From Eledone cirrhosa (lineage: Eukaryota), in the NCBI GenBank assembly GCA_964016885.1, contig OZ024762.1, positions 5,518,001 through 5,582,000 of the forward strand: a stretch of DNA of 64,000 nt. The letters run 5' to 3'. Shown here piece after piece: positions 13,941 through 26,434 of this stretch (its first letter is position 1; each line of letters starts with the position of its first letter). Both the position numbers and the translations under genes were made by a program. The notes under the pieces are model-generated. The model saw only the letters and a program-made list of their open reading frames with translations, had not been told where the DNA came from and searched no databases.

Positions 13941-16900
13941 CTGAAACAAGAGGAAAACAAATTGTTTAAAATGGAAAAAGAAAAAATGATTTCTAAACTT
14001 TGCTACAGCTTCAATAATTAGGAAATATTTCATGGATTAACCTTTTCATTACCATCTTTCTAATGAAAGACTCTGCCTATGTTTAACCCTTTCATCTAGA
14101 TGAGATGCAGTTCAGAATTTGTGCTCAGCAAAAGTACCACAGATGCTCTCTTCCTTGTGAGGCAGTTACAGGAAAAGTAAACCTGACAAAGACTAAGGTC
14201 CTTGTAAGTAGAAGAGAAAACAGAACCCTGATCCCCTCAGGGAAATGGCCTTACTCAGTATGTAGGAACGACATAGGTAGAAATTCCATCCTCTGTCCCA
14301 AATGCAAACTATGGGTACACAAGAGATATAGTGGGATCTCAGGAAGTTTAGCTAAGAACGAGGCTTTACATGTAGTAGTTGCACCGGGACAGTAAGCAGC
14401 GAATGGCTACAGGAAACAAGTGCTATCAAATTTTGGGAAGGTTTGATAGAAACAGTAGGCAGCTTCTGCTACCTAGGTGACCGAATTAGCAGTGTAGACT
14501 GGAAAGAAATGAAACTTCCATGCTCCGATGGATGTGTAATAGTAATATACAGCAAAGCATAAATGAACTGAGAGAAACCAGGCATAATAGGAATCAGATG
14601 CTGTGTGCAGGAGAGAAGATTGTGTTGGTATGGACATGTGATGTGTATGAAGGATGACTGCTGTATAAAAAGGTGCAGAGCGCTCCATGGAAGCCTTGGA
14701 GTGGGGAGACCCAGGAAGACTTGAGACGAGGTGATAAAAGCTGATCTTGCCCATTTGCACCTATCAAAGGCGATGACACAGGACCAAGATCTCTGGCGTT
14801 ACACAGTATTACAGAGGACCCGATTTACCACAGGCACTGGCCATAGCTGAAGAATATATATAGTATGCATCACTCCAGCTCCACCCACTCCCATGAGAAC
14901 AAGCTGACGTATTCATCCAGTGAAGCTTCCAGTTCACACAGTAAAGTGGTTGTGTAGATGCCATAACAAAAAGGACCCAGTACTCACTTTAAATGAGGTT
15001 GGCACTAGGAAGGGCATCCATCTGTAGAAACCAAGCAAGACCTATATCAAGTAGATTTGTGATGACATAAACTGCAATCCCTCTCACCAGCCAAATATGA
15101 TGAACAATAGAATTGTATGATGACAGTGAGTCAAGGGAATCCATGTAAGTAGTGTGAACTATGTATGTATGTACCTGTGTATGAATAGAAGCAAGGAAGA
15201 GCTAGCAGAGGATGACAAGCCAAGATCTGTATTAAGCAGATTTGTGACTGCATAAACTGAAACCTCTCACCTGCTGAATATGATGAAGAATAGAATTGGA
15301 TGGTGAGTCAAGGGAATCTGTGCAAGCAGTGCGAACTATTGATTGAAGAGGGTGTTGTAGTTTGCTTGAAATATTGTGGAATATGAAAAATGAAAAGTGC
15401 ATATGATTAGGAAGCTGTTACAGTTCAGGTGGGTTTGAAATACCAAGACAACAAACAATATTACTGACTTACTTTCCCAATAATCTAATAATTTAATGGC
15501 CTCTGAATTGTGACTGGCCAAATGTTTTGGGAGAAGTCCTTGGTTGTTTAAGCTGCGAGTGTTAGCACCATGTTCTAGAAGCAATGTGAGGAAATCATTA
15601 TCTAAACCATGTTTTATAGCTTCATGTAATGGAGTTTGGTGTGTCTTTCTGGCATTTACATTGGCCCCTAGCAGAAAATTGAAAGGAAAATAAAAATAGG
15701 ATTAAATTAATTTGTTGTTGGCTGCGATTGTTAAATGTTTAATGATTGTTAAACATTTAAAAATTCTACAGCTAGATGCCCTTCCTAATTCCAAATACAT
15801 TACAATGTGCACCTAGTCCAGGCTATAGTGTGGTTGATAGTAGGAAGGGCATCAAATCATAGAAACCAAGCTCCCAGTCCACACTGAGTGGTTGGTGTTA
15901 AGAAGGACATCCAGCCGTAGAAACCAAGCTCCCAGTTTACGCTGTAATGTGACTGGTATTAGGATGGGCACCCAAATGTAGAAACCAAGCCAGAAACAGT
16001 TCTATATGAGCAAGACATGGTCACCTGACCTGACTTGTCTCATAATATGTCAACCTGTCTAACCTATGCTAGCATGGAAAATAGATGTTAAACAGTGATG
16101 ATGATGATGATGGGACAATAATTTCACCTTTGCGTTACTATATTATGAAAAACACAGGCTATGGTTTTCAAATAATTTTGAAAATAATCGAGAATTTGGA
16201 GGGATTTAGACATATAATTAACTTTCTCATTATTAGGCTGGTGTTTGGAACATAACTTAGCAAAGGATCTTACATAAAATTATGATGGTAGGATTTTTTG
16301 ATATAGGCAACATGTGCAGGAGTGTTTTACCTGATTGTAGATCAAATCTAGCACATTTAATATAACCATTAACCCTTTAGCATTTACATTACTCTATATA
16401 TACTATTATATTAGGTTGTTCCGAAAATAATGGCCGATTTCAGAAACAATTTTATTCTGGAAAAATTAACAACAGAAATGTTTTGATTAGTCAAAGTATG
16501 AGCCATGAACATCTATACATCTCTGCCTATTGACTAATCGGTCAAGAAAAGGATCATTGGTGTTTCGCAGAAAGAGCATCGAGCACACTTCAAAACGCCG
16601 GACTCTTTGATTTTCATTGAGCTCATGTGGTACCCATTTATCGAGCTTTTTCACCTTACCAATCTTCTGCAGATGGTGTGAGACCGTTGCAATACCGACA
16701 CCAAGTGCCTGAGACATTTCTCTGACACTTTGACGTGGGTTTTGTTCAACAATTGCTTTCAATTGTTCATTGTCAAGACTGCATCACCGTCCTCTACCTT
16801 CTTCATCTTCAAGGCTCTCATCACCACTACGGAATTTCTGAAACCACCATCGTACTGTGCGATCACTTGTGGACCCCTCTCCCCATCCTCTGTTGATATT

Positions 16901-19900
16901 GGCAGCCCCCTTTGTACTGTGTGATCCCTTGTGGACCCCTCTCCCCATCCTTTGTTGATATTGGCAGCTGTTTGGGAGGCATTGTGCCCAAGGTTGAACT
17001 CATGCAAGAAAAGTAAGCGAAGGTCCTTTTTTGTCATGTTCATAATTAAGGGTACCTATGCTTCAAGAATGTTTTGTCTGAAATAAGTAGAAAATTATTA
17101 AAGAGCATACATCAATTATTAAGTATGTCGAAATTCACCTAAAATATAATTAAAATACTATGATAAAATTGCGTTTCAAAACACAACACTTAGAGCGGCC
17201 ATTATTTTCGGAACAGCCTAATATTTTCATGGTAAAGGCTTTATCTCACATAATTACCTCACATAATATCAAATCTATGAGATTTTGATATTATTTATTT
17301 TAAGAACAATAACTTAACATCAGTATGAGCAGCTGGTTTGAACAGAAAGAGATGAGAGAGTTCTGGCTGGATACAGCCAGTTTAAATGCTAACGGGTTAA
17401 GACAGGTGTGTTTTACCTGATTGTAGAAGAACTCTGGCACACTTAATATAACCGTTAAGGCAGGTAACATGGAGAGGTGTGCCAAAATGGATATCACTAG
17501 CTTCCAAGTTGGCCCCAGCTTCTGTCAGTATTTCTGTACATTTCCAGTTGTCTGCAGGAAAAGAAAACAACAAAAACAAATAATATTTTAACATAAAAAC
17601 AACACAAGATATCCTACTCTGAATTAGTTTCTTCAACGTATCTTTTGACGAGGGGATTTTATCTCAAAATATCAAGAACTATTAAACATTATATCATCTT
17701 TGTTATTATCTTTTTAACATTTAATGTCCCATTTGTATAGAGTAGAAAGTGTATGAATGAGTCCTATATGAATGTGAGTGTGTGTGCATGTATATGTGTG
17801 TATGTATATATATATATAAAAAAAAAAAAAAAAGCACCCAGCCCACACTGTAAAGTGGACGTGTAGGCGCCACGAAAAAGCACCCAGCACTCACTGTAAA
17901 TGAGGTTGGTGTTAGGAAGGGCATCCAGCTGTAGAAATCAAGCCAGATCAGTTCCTGTATGAGCAAGGCATGGTCAGCCGACCAGACACTGCACACAACA
18001 GGACAACCCGTCTAACCCATGCTAGCGTGGAAGAACGGACGTAAAACGGTGATGATGATGAAGAGACTTGTGGCTGGAACAAAGCTCCAACTAGACGGAG
18101 GGTGACTTGGTGGAGAGAGCCATTAAAGACAAAAGACGAGTATGGAAGGATTGGAAAAATGGGAGGAGTAGAGACCGATACTCAGCCACTAAAAAAGAGG
18201 CTAGACATCAGGTATACATAGCATGTAGGGAAGCTGAGAGTAGGAGGTTTGCCAATGTTCTGCGACGAGAGGATCAGAGACGTGAGGTGTTCCGCTTTGC
18301 AAGGCAGTGTGTCAGTGTAAATCCAGATGTTGTTGGAGATAAGTGTGTCTGAAATGATGCTGGTGCACTTGGCATCACTGATGCTCAGAAAAAGGAGGCC
18401 TGGAAGTATCATTATGAAAGACTGATGAATGGGAGAGAGAGAAACTACCCCTAACGGTCCCAAGAGAGGGCCAGCTATTGAGGTTGACGACTATTGGGTC
18501 CAAGAAGCAATTAAGGAAATGAAAAGTGGTAAGGATGCTGGTCTGTCAGGGATAGTTGCTGAGATGTTGAAGGCATCAGGAGAAGTAGAAACTAAATTGG
18601 TTGCACGCATAGTCAATCAAGTTATATAGGGCAGAGTTATACCCAAAGACTGGTGCAGCAGTATTCTTGTTAATTGTTACAAAGGTAAAGAGGATGCTCT
18701 GGAGAGGAGCAATTATAGGGGCATAAAACTGATGGATCAGGTTATGAAAGTGGCAGAAAGAATACGAGCACAACTAATTAGAGAAAGAGTCAAATTAGAT
18801 GAGATACACCTTGGTTTTATGCCTGGGAAAAGTACAACAGATGCCCTCTTCTTAGTGAGATGCACGATGCTGCATGGTAGTGAGACATGAGCAGCAACTG
18901 CAGAGGATATGCGAAGGCTGGAGAAAAATGAAGCAAACATGCTCTGTTGGATGTGCAATGTCAATGTGCGTGAACGACGAAGCATGAATGAGTTGAGAGA
19001 GAAATTGTGTATAAGAGGGATAAATTGTAGTGTATAGGAGAGAAGACTGCGTTAGTATGGACATGTAATGTGCATGGAAGATAACCGCTGGGTAAAGAAG
19101 TGCCAAGAAATCTTGGTGGAAGGAAGACGCAGTAGAGCAAGACCACGGAAAACATGGGTGGAGGTGGTGAGAGCAGACCTCAGATCGCTGAAGCTCACAG
19201 AGAAGATGACGAAGGACCGTGACAAGTGGAGAGATGCTGTGCTGAATAGGACCCATCCCACCTTTGCAAGCAGGGAAAAGCAGACGTAAAATGATGATGA
19301 TGATATATATCTATGGTAAATTTATAGTAAAGCACCCGCTGGGGATTGTTAATAAAAAATTATTTTCTAGTTTTTTTCATTTGTTTTAAACTAATAAGAT
19401 CACTGAAATCATCATTTTACATCCGCTTTTCTCTGTTTGCAAGGTTGGGACAGGTCCTCTTCAGCACAGCATCTCTCCATTTGTTACGGTCTTCGTCATC
19501 TCCTCTGTGAATATACAGAACAACAAAAGAGAAGGAAAGTTTTGATGAGAGAATGAAAATGAAATCTTACTGACTCACCATTGAAAACTGCTTCATGTAA
19601 TGGACTGGTGAGTAGAAGAGGTGGGTTAACATAGGCTCCGGCATCTAACAGGAGACAAAGACATTTTGTTTGGCCATGGCTGCTGGCCTCACACAACGGT
19701 GTTGAGCCATCAATATTGCGAGCATTCACCTAGCAAACAGAAAATAAATGATACAAACTGAGCAGGGCCAGCACTGCAATTAAAGCCAACAAGGACACAG
19801 ATCTCAGAGAGGTACTTTACTGACAATGTTGATACTATCATTAAGGTCAATGAGGCAGCCACCTAGGGTACAGCAGCATTGTGGAAATATCTTCCATACT

Positions 19901-19948
19901 CATCTCCTCCAGGTTGGCTTCTGTTGTCTAGTTCTTCTAACCCTGACT

Positions 19949-19979
<31 letters not shown>

Positions 19980-22743
19980 ATTAATGTCTATCTTCCACGC
20001 TAGCATGGGTTAGATAGGTTTGTCCCATTTAGAGGCAATTTGAGTCGGGTGACCGTGTTTCTGGCTGGTTTTCTACGGCTGGATGCCCTTCCTAACGCCA
20101 ACCACATTTACAGTGTGGACTGGGTGCTTTTTGCCGTGGCACCTATACACTATCACTTTACAGTGTGGGCTGGATGCTTTGTGGTACCAGCCTAATATAT
20201 ATATATGCATATATCATGATAATAATATACACATATATATATATTTGTGCATGCGGATGATCTCACACTTATAGCTGAATCTATGGTGGAACTAGAGAAG
20301 AAATTCCAAACATGGAAGCAGGGACTAGAAAAAAAGGGCCTCAAAGTCAACCTGACAAAGACTAAGGTCCTCATAAGTAGATAAGAAAACAGAACACAGA
20401 TCCCCTCAGGGAAATGGCCTTGCTCAGTATGTAGGAAAGGTGTAGGTAGGAACTCCATCCTCTGCCCCAAATGCAAACAATTGGTACACAAGAGATGTAG
20501 TGGGATCTCAGGAAGCTTAGCTAAGAATGTAGGATTTACATGCAGCAGCTGCACCGAGACAGCAACCAGCAAACGGCTGCAGGAAACAAGCACCACCAAA
20601 CTCTGGGAGGGCTCTGTAGAAATAGTAGACAGCTTCTGCTACCTAGATGACCGAATTAGCAATGGAGGTGTGTGTTTGGAAAGTACAGTAACCAGGGTAA
20701 GAACGGGGTGGAAGAAGTTCAGGGAGCCACTCCCAGTGAAGCATGGAGGTGTCATATCTTTCCAATCTTCGCAGGTCCTCCATACACACAGTACCCAGGT
20801 CTCACTGTTGTGCAACATTGTTCGTATACATGCATCATACAGTCTGCCTTTTATTTTGAGGGGAAAAACTTTTGTAGTTAGTAACGGTAGTAGCTCCCTG
20901 AACTTTCTACAACACGATCTCACTCTGGTTACTGTGCTTTCAGAACACCCTCCCCCACTACTGATTTGGTCACCCAGGTAACAGAAACTATCTACCACTT
21001 CAACCGAGCCCTCTGAGCATTTGAATGTGATTGTATCCTGAGGGTTCATGCTACTTACTGCCCCTGTGCAACAGCCATAAGTAAAACCTATATTCTTTGT
21101 TAGCCTGCCTGAGATCACACATCTCTTGTGTACCTATTGCTTGCATTTGGTACATAGAATAGATTAAAAGCACTCTACAGTAAAAGTTTTCTGGAGTTAT
21201 TATTATTCAGAATAATAATAAATGAAGACATTCACATAATCAAAATATATGTTTTATTAATATATTTCGAAGGTACTGTACTGTTTTTTCAGTACGTCCT
21301 CGTCAGATAAAATACATGAATTGATGATGATGATGATGTATGACATACCTCAACTGTCTTGATAGTTCAATTCCACTGCCAATACTGGAATTGAACTATC
21401 AAGACTATTGAGGCATGTCATACATCAATTCATGTATTTTATCTGACGAGGACGTACTGAAAAAACAGTACAGTACCTTCGAAATATATTTTGATTATGT
21501 GAATGTCTTCATTTATTATTATTCTGAATATATATATATATATATATATATACAGAGAGTGAGAGTGTATGAAGAATATAAATAAATAAAGCAATCTTAC
21601 TGAGGCATCTAACCGAATTAGGCGAGAGACACAATCAACGTGACCCCAAGCACTGGCTTCATGTAAAGGGGTCACCATATCATATGTTTGACAGTTCACA
21701 TTCATTCCATATTTTGTAATTAACATCTCCAGAATATCACCTCTGCCGTCACGGGCTGCCTTTTGTAGAGGGTAGACGCTGTCCACTGTAAATATAATGT
21801 TTGTAGAGGATAGACGTTGTTCACTGTAAATACATTAATGATTGTATAAAGCATATTAATGTTTGTAGAGGATATAATAATGTTTGTAGAGTGTAGGGGA
21901 GAGAAGATTGGTGTGTCTGATACAGTGTGGCCATAGATTGCGGGTGTGCAAGTAAGTGAGTAACTGTTCATTATGATGATGATGTTATGATGGTTTTTTT
22001 TGAGTAAGTGATTTACCTTAATCATGTAGGAAATGAAATATATAAACCACAATAACACAAAGCCACTCTGTTACAAATTTATTAAGTACTAGCAGTGGTA
22101 CCCGGCGTTGCACAGGATAAGGTATTTTGGGACGTAGGCCGCCAACAGACCTAATCGTGGAAAAACTGCATGCCTGGACAATATGAAAATAAAATAAACC
22201 GAATACTCTGATGGCTGGATAATCTTTAAGATTTTCCTCAATGAAGCAGGAAAAATGCAGGTTTTCACCTAATGCGGGCCCTAGGGGATCAAGAAAATGA
22301 ATTTTTTTTTTATGTGCATAACATGCAAAGAAATTTCGGGAAAATCGGCTAGACGTAACACCTCAAAAAAGCCCTAAAGAGCTGAAAAAAATGAAGTTTT
22401 TCACCTTTTATGTGCATAACCCTCCCTGAAACATAAGTAATACACATGTAAAGTTTGAAAAAAATCGGTTGGGTACTTCTCCAGTTTTAGGGATTCAAAC
22501 TCACAGACACACAGACAGACATCCTCAGTTTTATATATAGAGATATTGTATATGGGATCATATAATAAGGAACCAGATGGACCATAACGCACCAGAGTAC
22601 TCAATACTTAAGGTAGTAGAGTGGGAAATAGGACAAAGTATGACCCCGACGGCAGAGCTCAAGCCGTTTCGACGGCTATTTCTGGACTCCAGAAATAGCC
22701 GTCGAAACGGCTTGAGCTCTGCCGTCGGGGTCAAACTTTTTCC

Positions 22744-22777
<34 letters not shown>

Positions 22778-23038
22778 GTTTTACTGAATCATATAGACTA
22801 TATATATATATATATAGTCTATATGATTCAGTAAAACATAAATTCATGTCTAGCGGCATAGAGTTACGTTCTTAGTTGAAATCCCACCGAAGTTAGCTTT
22901 GCCTTTCATCCTTACGGGGTCGATAAAATAAAGTACCAGTAATGCACTGGTATCGATTTAATCGACTTACCCTTTCGCCCAAAATTGTTGGCCTTGTGCT
23001 TAAATTAGACACCGACAATAAATACACACACACACAAA

Positions 23039-23075
<37 letters not shown>

Positions 23076-23820
23076 GAGTGACGACAAGCTAATTCCAAGC
23101 TTAATCCTAACGCTATATGACGAGGGCCCCTATCATTAAAACACCCAAGAAACCGCTACATACACATACATGCATACATACACACACACACACATACATG
23201 CACACACATACATACACACGCATACATACATACAAACATATGTGTGTGCGTATTTATCTATTTATATATATCGTATATATACGCTTGGGTTCAGATTGTT
23301 GTGTAGAATAACGCAATGGACGTTGTGCATCTGACGAGATATTTCCATTTTCTTATTTCGAGATTTTAATGTCAAGAACTACCGAGTATTTATATAATAA
23401 TATTTTGTTTATATAACTCCATCACCAACACATACACACTATCATACATAATGGTATTATGTTTATTAGTTTGAGACCGTAATAAAGTCCTGTCTGTTCT
23501 AGAATATTTATATCGTACTATATTACGTATTTCTATCATACATCTATCACATAGGAATGTCAAATGATTATTTTTCTGTAACCTGACATCAGATATTGGT
23601 ATATAGGAGAGATAAAGAGAGCGAGAGAGTCTGAAATAAATCGCCATCTATAGAAGCCAAGATGGAAAACTGGAGAAAATGACAATCACTTACAGTATTC
23701 TTTGAAGACATTAGGATCGATTGTCTCTTCCTGAGCCGGCATTGTGGATTCTTCGTCGTTCGATTGTGTATTACGAATGTTCTTCTCTGCATCTTGGCAT
23801 TTGTTTTGGAGTTCGGCCAT
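13819..23820 (-). CDS. ASB13: Ankyrin repeat and SOCS box protein 13-like, 304 aa; exons 23820-23694, 21785-21601, 19729-19579, 17551-17417, 15667-15473, 13940-13819
   Basis: All five introns GT-AG with matching phases; motifs ARNIDGSTPLC, VNPPL..SPLHEA, GANLEASDIHFGTPLHV and C-terminal SOCS box NPQSLLFYARKTI...LEIPQILLNYLSF closely follow vertebrate ASB13 as recalled. Confidence 0.92.
14170..14830 (+). mobile_element. RTE LINE fragment
   Basis: KVNLTKTKVLVS...SGKWP.SVCR..GRNSILC. Confidence 0.82.
15473..15667 (-). CDS. ASB13: ASB13-like exon 5
   Basis: GANVNARKTHQTPLHEA...LLDYWE; gtaagt donor. Confidence 0.9.
16411..17221 (-). mobile_element. Mariner transposon, internally deleted
   Basis: 26-bp TIRs ttaggYtgttccgaaaataatggccg, TA flanks, transposase remnants (LHEFNLGHNASQTAANIN; KKLDKWVPHELNENQ); internal tandem duplication of about 60 bp. 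Confidence 0.93.
17417..17551 (-). CDS. ASB13: ASB13-like exon 4
   Basis: DNWKCTEILTEAGANLEASDIHFGTPLHVTC; ctgcag acceptor, gtaaaa donor. Confidence 0.92.
17830..18060 (+). mobile_element. Repeat family C with RTE-type tail (many copies, e.g. 10220, 15830, 19950-, 23910-, 45205, 60365-)
   Basis: ggttggtgttaggaagggcatccagctgtagaaa...aacccatgctagc...(GAT)n, shared with the RTE 3' UTR at 53270-53420. Confidence 0.75.
18066..19305 (+). mobile_element. RTE LINE fragment with RT core deleted
   Basis: NYRGIKLMDQVMK, GFMPGKSTTDALF joined to MLHGSET, RPRKTW; (GAT)n tail. Confidence 0.88.
19579..19729 (-). CDS. ASB13: ASB13-like exon 3
   Basis: VNARNIDGSTPLCEA...SPLHEAVFN; gtgagt donor. Confidence 0.92.
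20250..21160. mobile_element. Two RTE fragments in opposite orientation (+ 20250-20735, - 20736-21160)
   Basis: Both encode VDSFCYL.D.IS.GG..ES.VTRVR segments on opposite strands. Confidence 0.85.
21252..21312 (-). ncRNA. Hammerhead ribozyme-like motif in a palindrome arm
   Basis: UUUUAU-CUGACGA-(GUACUG/CAGUAC helix)-GAAA-UAUAU-UA-AUAAAA; stem III essentially absent. Confidence 0.5.
21601..21785 (-). CDS. ASB13: ASB13-like exon 2 (ankyrin repeats)
   Basis: YPLQKAARDG...VTPLHEASAWGH; tttacag acceptor, gtaaga donor. Confidence 0.9.
22089..22543 (-). mobile_element. Non-autonomous Helitron
   Basis: Minus strand begins TC(TCTATATATAA), ends in a GC-rich hairpin plus CTAG, lies between A and T. 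Confidence 0.7.
23694..23820 (-). CDS. ASB13: ASB13-like coding exon 1 (MAELQNKCQD...VFKEY)
   Basis: ATG at 23820; gtaagt donor at 23693; phase 1 joins exon 2; sequence itself not conserved. Confidence 0.72.
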
Positions 23821-24299
23821 CAGTACTGCCAAGGGAGATAACTCTATGTTATCAAACAATCCACACAAACACACGGGTATAACTATATATCATCATCATC
23901 ATCATCATCGTTTAACGTCTATTTTCCACGTTAGCATGGGTTAGACGGGAATTATCCCACTTGAGGTAAGATTGATCGGGTAACCGTGTCTCGCTCGTAT
24001 AGAACTATCTGGTAGGTTTTCTACGGCTGGATGCCCTTCCTAACATCAACCACATTTACAGTGTGGACTGGGGGCTTTTTACCGTGTTACACGACCACAT
24101 TACAGCGTGGACTGTTTTTTTTTTTGTCGTGACACCTACACGACCTCATTAGTTTTGATGGATGTTGTGGTACTAACAACTTTGCAGAGAAAGGGTGGTG
24201 TTGGTGGGAGTGGGAGGATGGAGTAGGGGTAGTGGGTTGGGGTATATATTTGGTTAGGAGGAGCCACTGACTGTAGGTTAACTTTGCACACAGGGAAGG

Positions 24300-24790
24300 C
24301 GGGTCTTCTGTATTACTGCGTGGCGCTAAAGATCTTGATCCAGTGACATTGTCTTGGAGAGGTGTAAGTCTGTAAGGTCGGATTTAATCATGTTGTCTCA
24401 GGTTTTTCTGGGTCTACAGCCAGTAACAAACTTAAAAGCATATTATTTGATGCTTTTGACAGTAAGGAAGAGCAATTAGAGACGTACAATATAGAGGAAC
24501 ATGGGAATTCTTGAAAGTTAACTTGCTGAAGGCGACAGATGAAATCTGTGGCTGGAGCAGACATAAAGGCAGGAGGAGAGTAACTTGGTGGGGGAACAGT
24601 AAGATGGAGGAGACAATGAAGGTCAAAAAGCAGGCTTGGAAAGTATGGCGGGATGGGGGAAGTAGAGAACACTATCAAGTGGCAAGGAGACAAGTGTACT
24701 TTGCAAGAAGGGAAGCAGAGGATAGAAAGTTCAAGCATGTTCTACAACGCGAGGACCAAAAATGTGAGGTTTTTTGTACAAGTTATAAAG
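24300..24790. mobile_element. RTE fragments (3' tail on -, body on +)
   Basis: LLKATDEICGWS...VTWW; matches the 18066 and 53647 copies. Confidence 0.75.
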
Positions 24791-26011
24791 ATCCTTTTTA
24801 TATATATATCAGGTGTGCTTTTCAAATCCTTTTTTAAAAAATAATTTTCCTTACACATGCACACACACATACATTGATATATACATACATATGTACATAT
24901 GCACATATATCATCATCACCCTCGTTTTAACTCCCACTTTCCCTGCTAGCAAGGGTTGGATGGGTCTATATAGACCAAGTCAGTACTGAAGTAGAGCCAC
25001 TGATTTCCCAGGCAGACCAGGGATCTACGTCTCGCTTTGTGTAGAGTCGACACTCCACCAAGTGCCCAGGAGAGGTTATCATTATTTTGTTTGGCAATAT
25101 TTCTACAGCTGGATGCCCTTCCTATCACCAGCCACTTTACCACTTTACAGCATGTACTGGGTGTTTTTATCAAGTAGATGCCCAAACAGTAGGGAGGCTG
25201 TCAAGTGTGTGTGCGTGTATATATTATGGATGGTGGAATCCTTTCTGAATGGGGTGGCGGGTGGGGTGTCAATTTAGTTGTGATTATTTTAGCTTTTTGA
25301 AGGTCAGAAAACTTTGATATGCGATAAACATAACATCTACATCAATTGTAGCGCATATACAAATAGATGTGTGTTTTGCTAGTTTAAGGAGAAAAATATA
25401 ATGATTAGAGAGGGAATGCTCCCTCTCTGGTGCCCCCAATTCCAACACCCCTGATATATATATGTAGTGGATAAATGTTATTCTTTGATGGATGTTTGTT
25501 GAAAAGAATAATGCCATGATTGTGATGTTGACAATGTTTATCTTACAATAACAATATGTGACAGAATTTATCGCTACATGTATCTAGCGTGCATGCATGT
25601 ATCAATACGATGATACAATATAAGTGATTCAACAGGAAGATGCAAGAATAGACAAAACACAGAAATAAACAGTGTAATCAAACCTACTGAGTGTGTGTGT
25701 GTGTGTTTGTCACAGGTCAAGTGGTATGTACGTTTATCATTCTAGTTTCTTGACAGGACAATCGTGGGAACTTCCAACAATAGATGGTCCCAGAGGCGAG
25801 AAATCTCAGATTCGGTTTTGCATCTTCACCGGTAAAACATATATAGTTATGTAATAAACAACATAAGGCAATTATTCCATTTACCAGTGGTTTCTTAAAA
25901 GCAAAAAAATTTGCTTTCAATCATCACAATTTTTTCATTCTGATGATTGAAAGCAAATTCTGTTACCTACATAGAGCACTCTTTTTTCCTGGACTTTTCC
26001 GACGGAATTAC

Positions 26012-26052
<41 letters not shown>

Positions 26053-26434
26053 ATGTGTGCGTGTATAACAGATCGTTGATTTAATCTCTTGCCTGTCAGT
26101 GTATTACTATTCCAAACCTGTAATCTGTTGTTCTTAGCCACCATGATAGAAAGAGAGAGGGAACAGTGACAACACCCCTCATCACCACCACCTACAACCT
26201 GAGTTAGTGTGTTAATACAACTTGCCGCCGTCACCCGGATTCTAATTTCATCTCCTAGCCCTCCCCTCCCATGTCATTCTATTCTATTTAAAACAAAAGC
26301 AACACGTGAGTCAGTTCGTGTGTTTTTTTTAAGTCCACTTGTCATATCTTTTATAATATTTTACTATACAACTGCTTCCCTTCGTCATTCTGGCTATCTC
26401 CTCACTACTTGTTTCAGTCTCTCTCCTATGAACA

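Noticed and set aside
17640-17680. Degenerate hammerhead-like strings (also about 840-880, 11885-11920, 23330-23365)
   Set aside because: Core nucleotides mutated; cannot be told from chance by eye.
25908-25960. Inverted repeat containing CTGATGATTGAAA
   Set aside because: No stem II and no cleavage triplet with stem I; at most a remnant.
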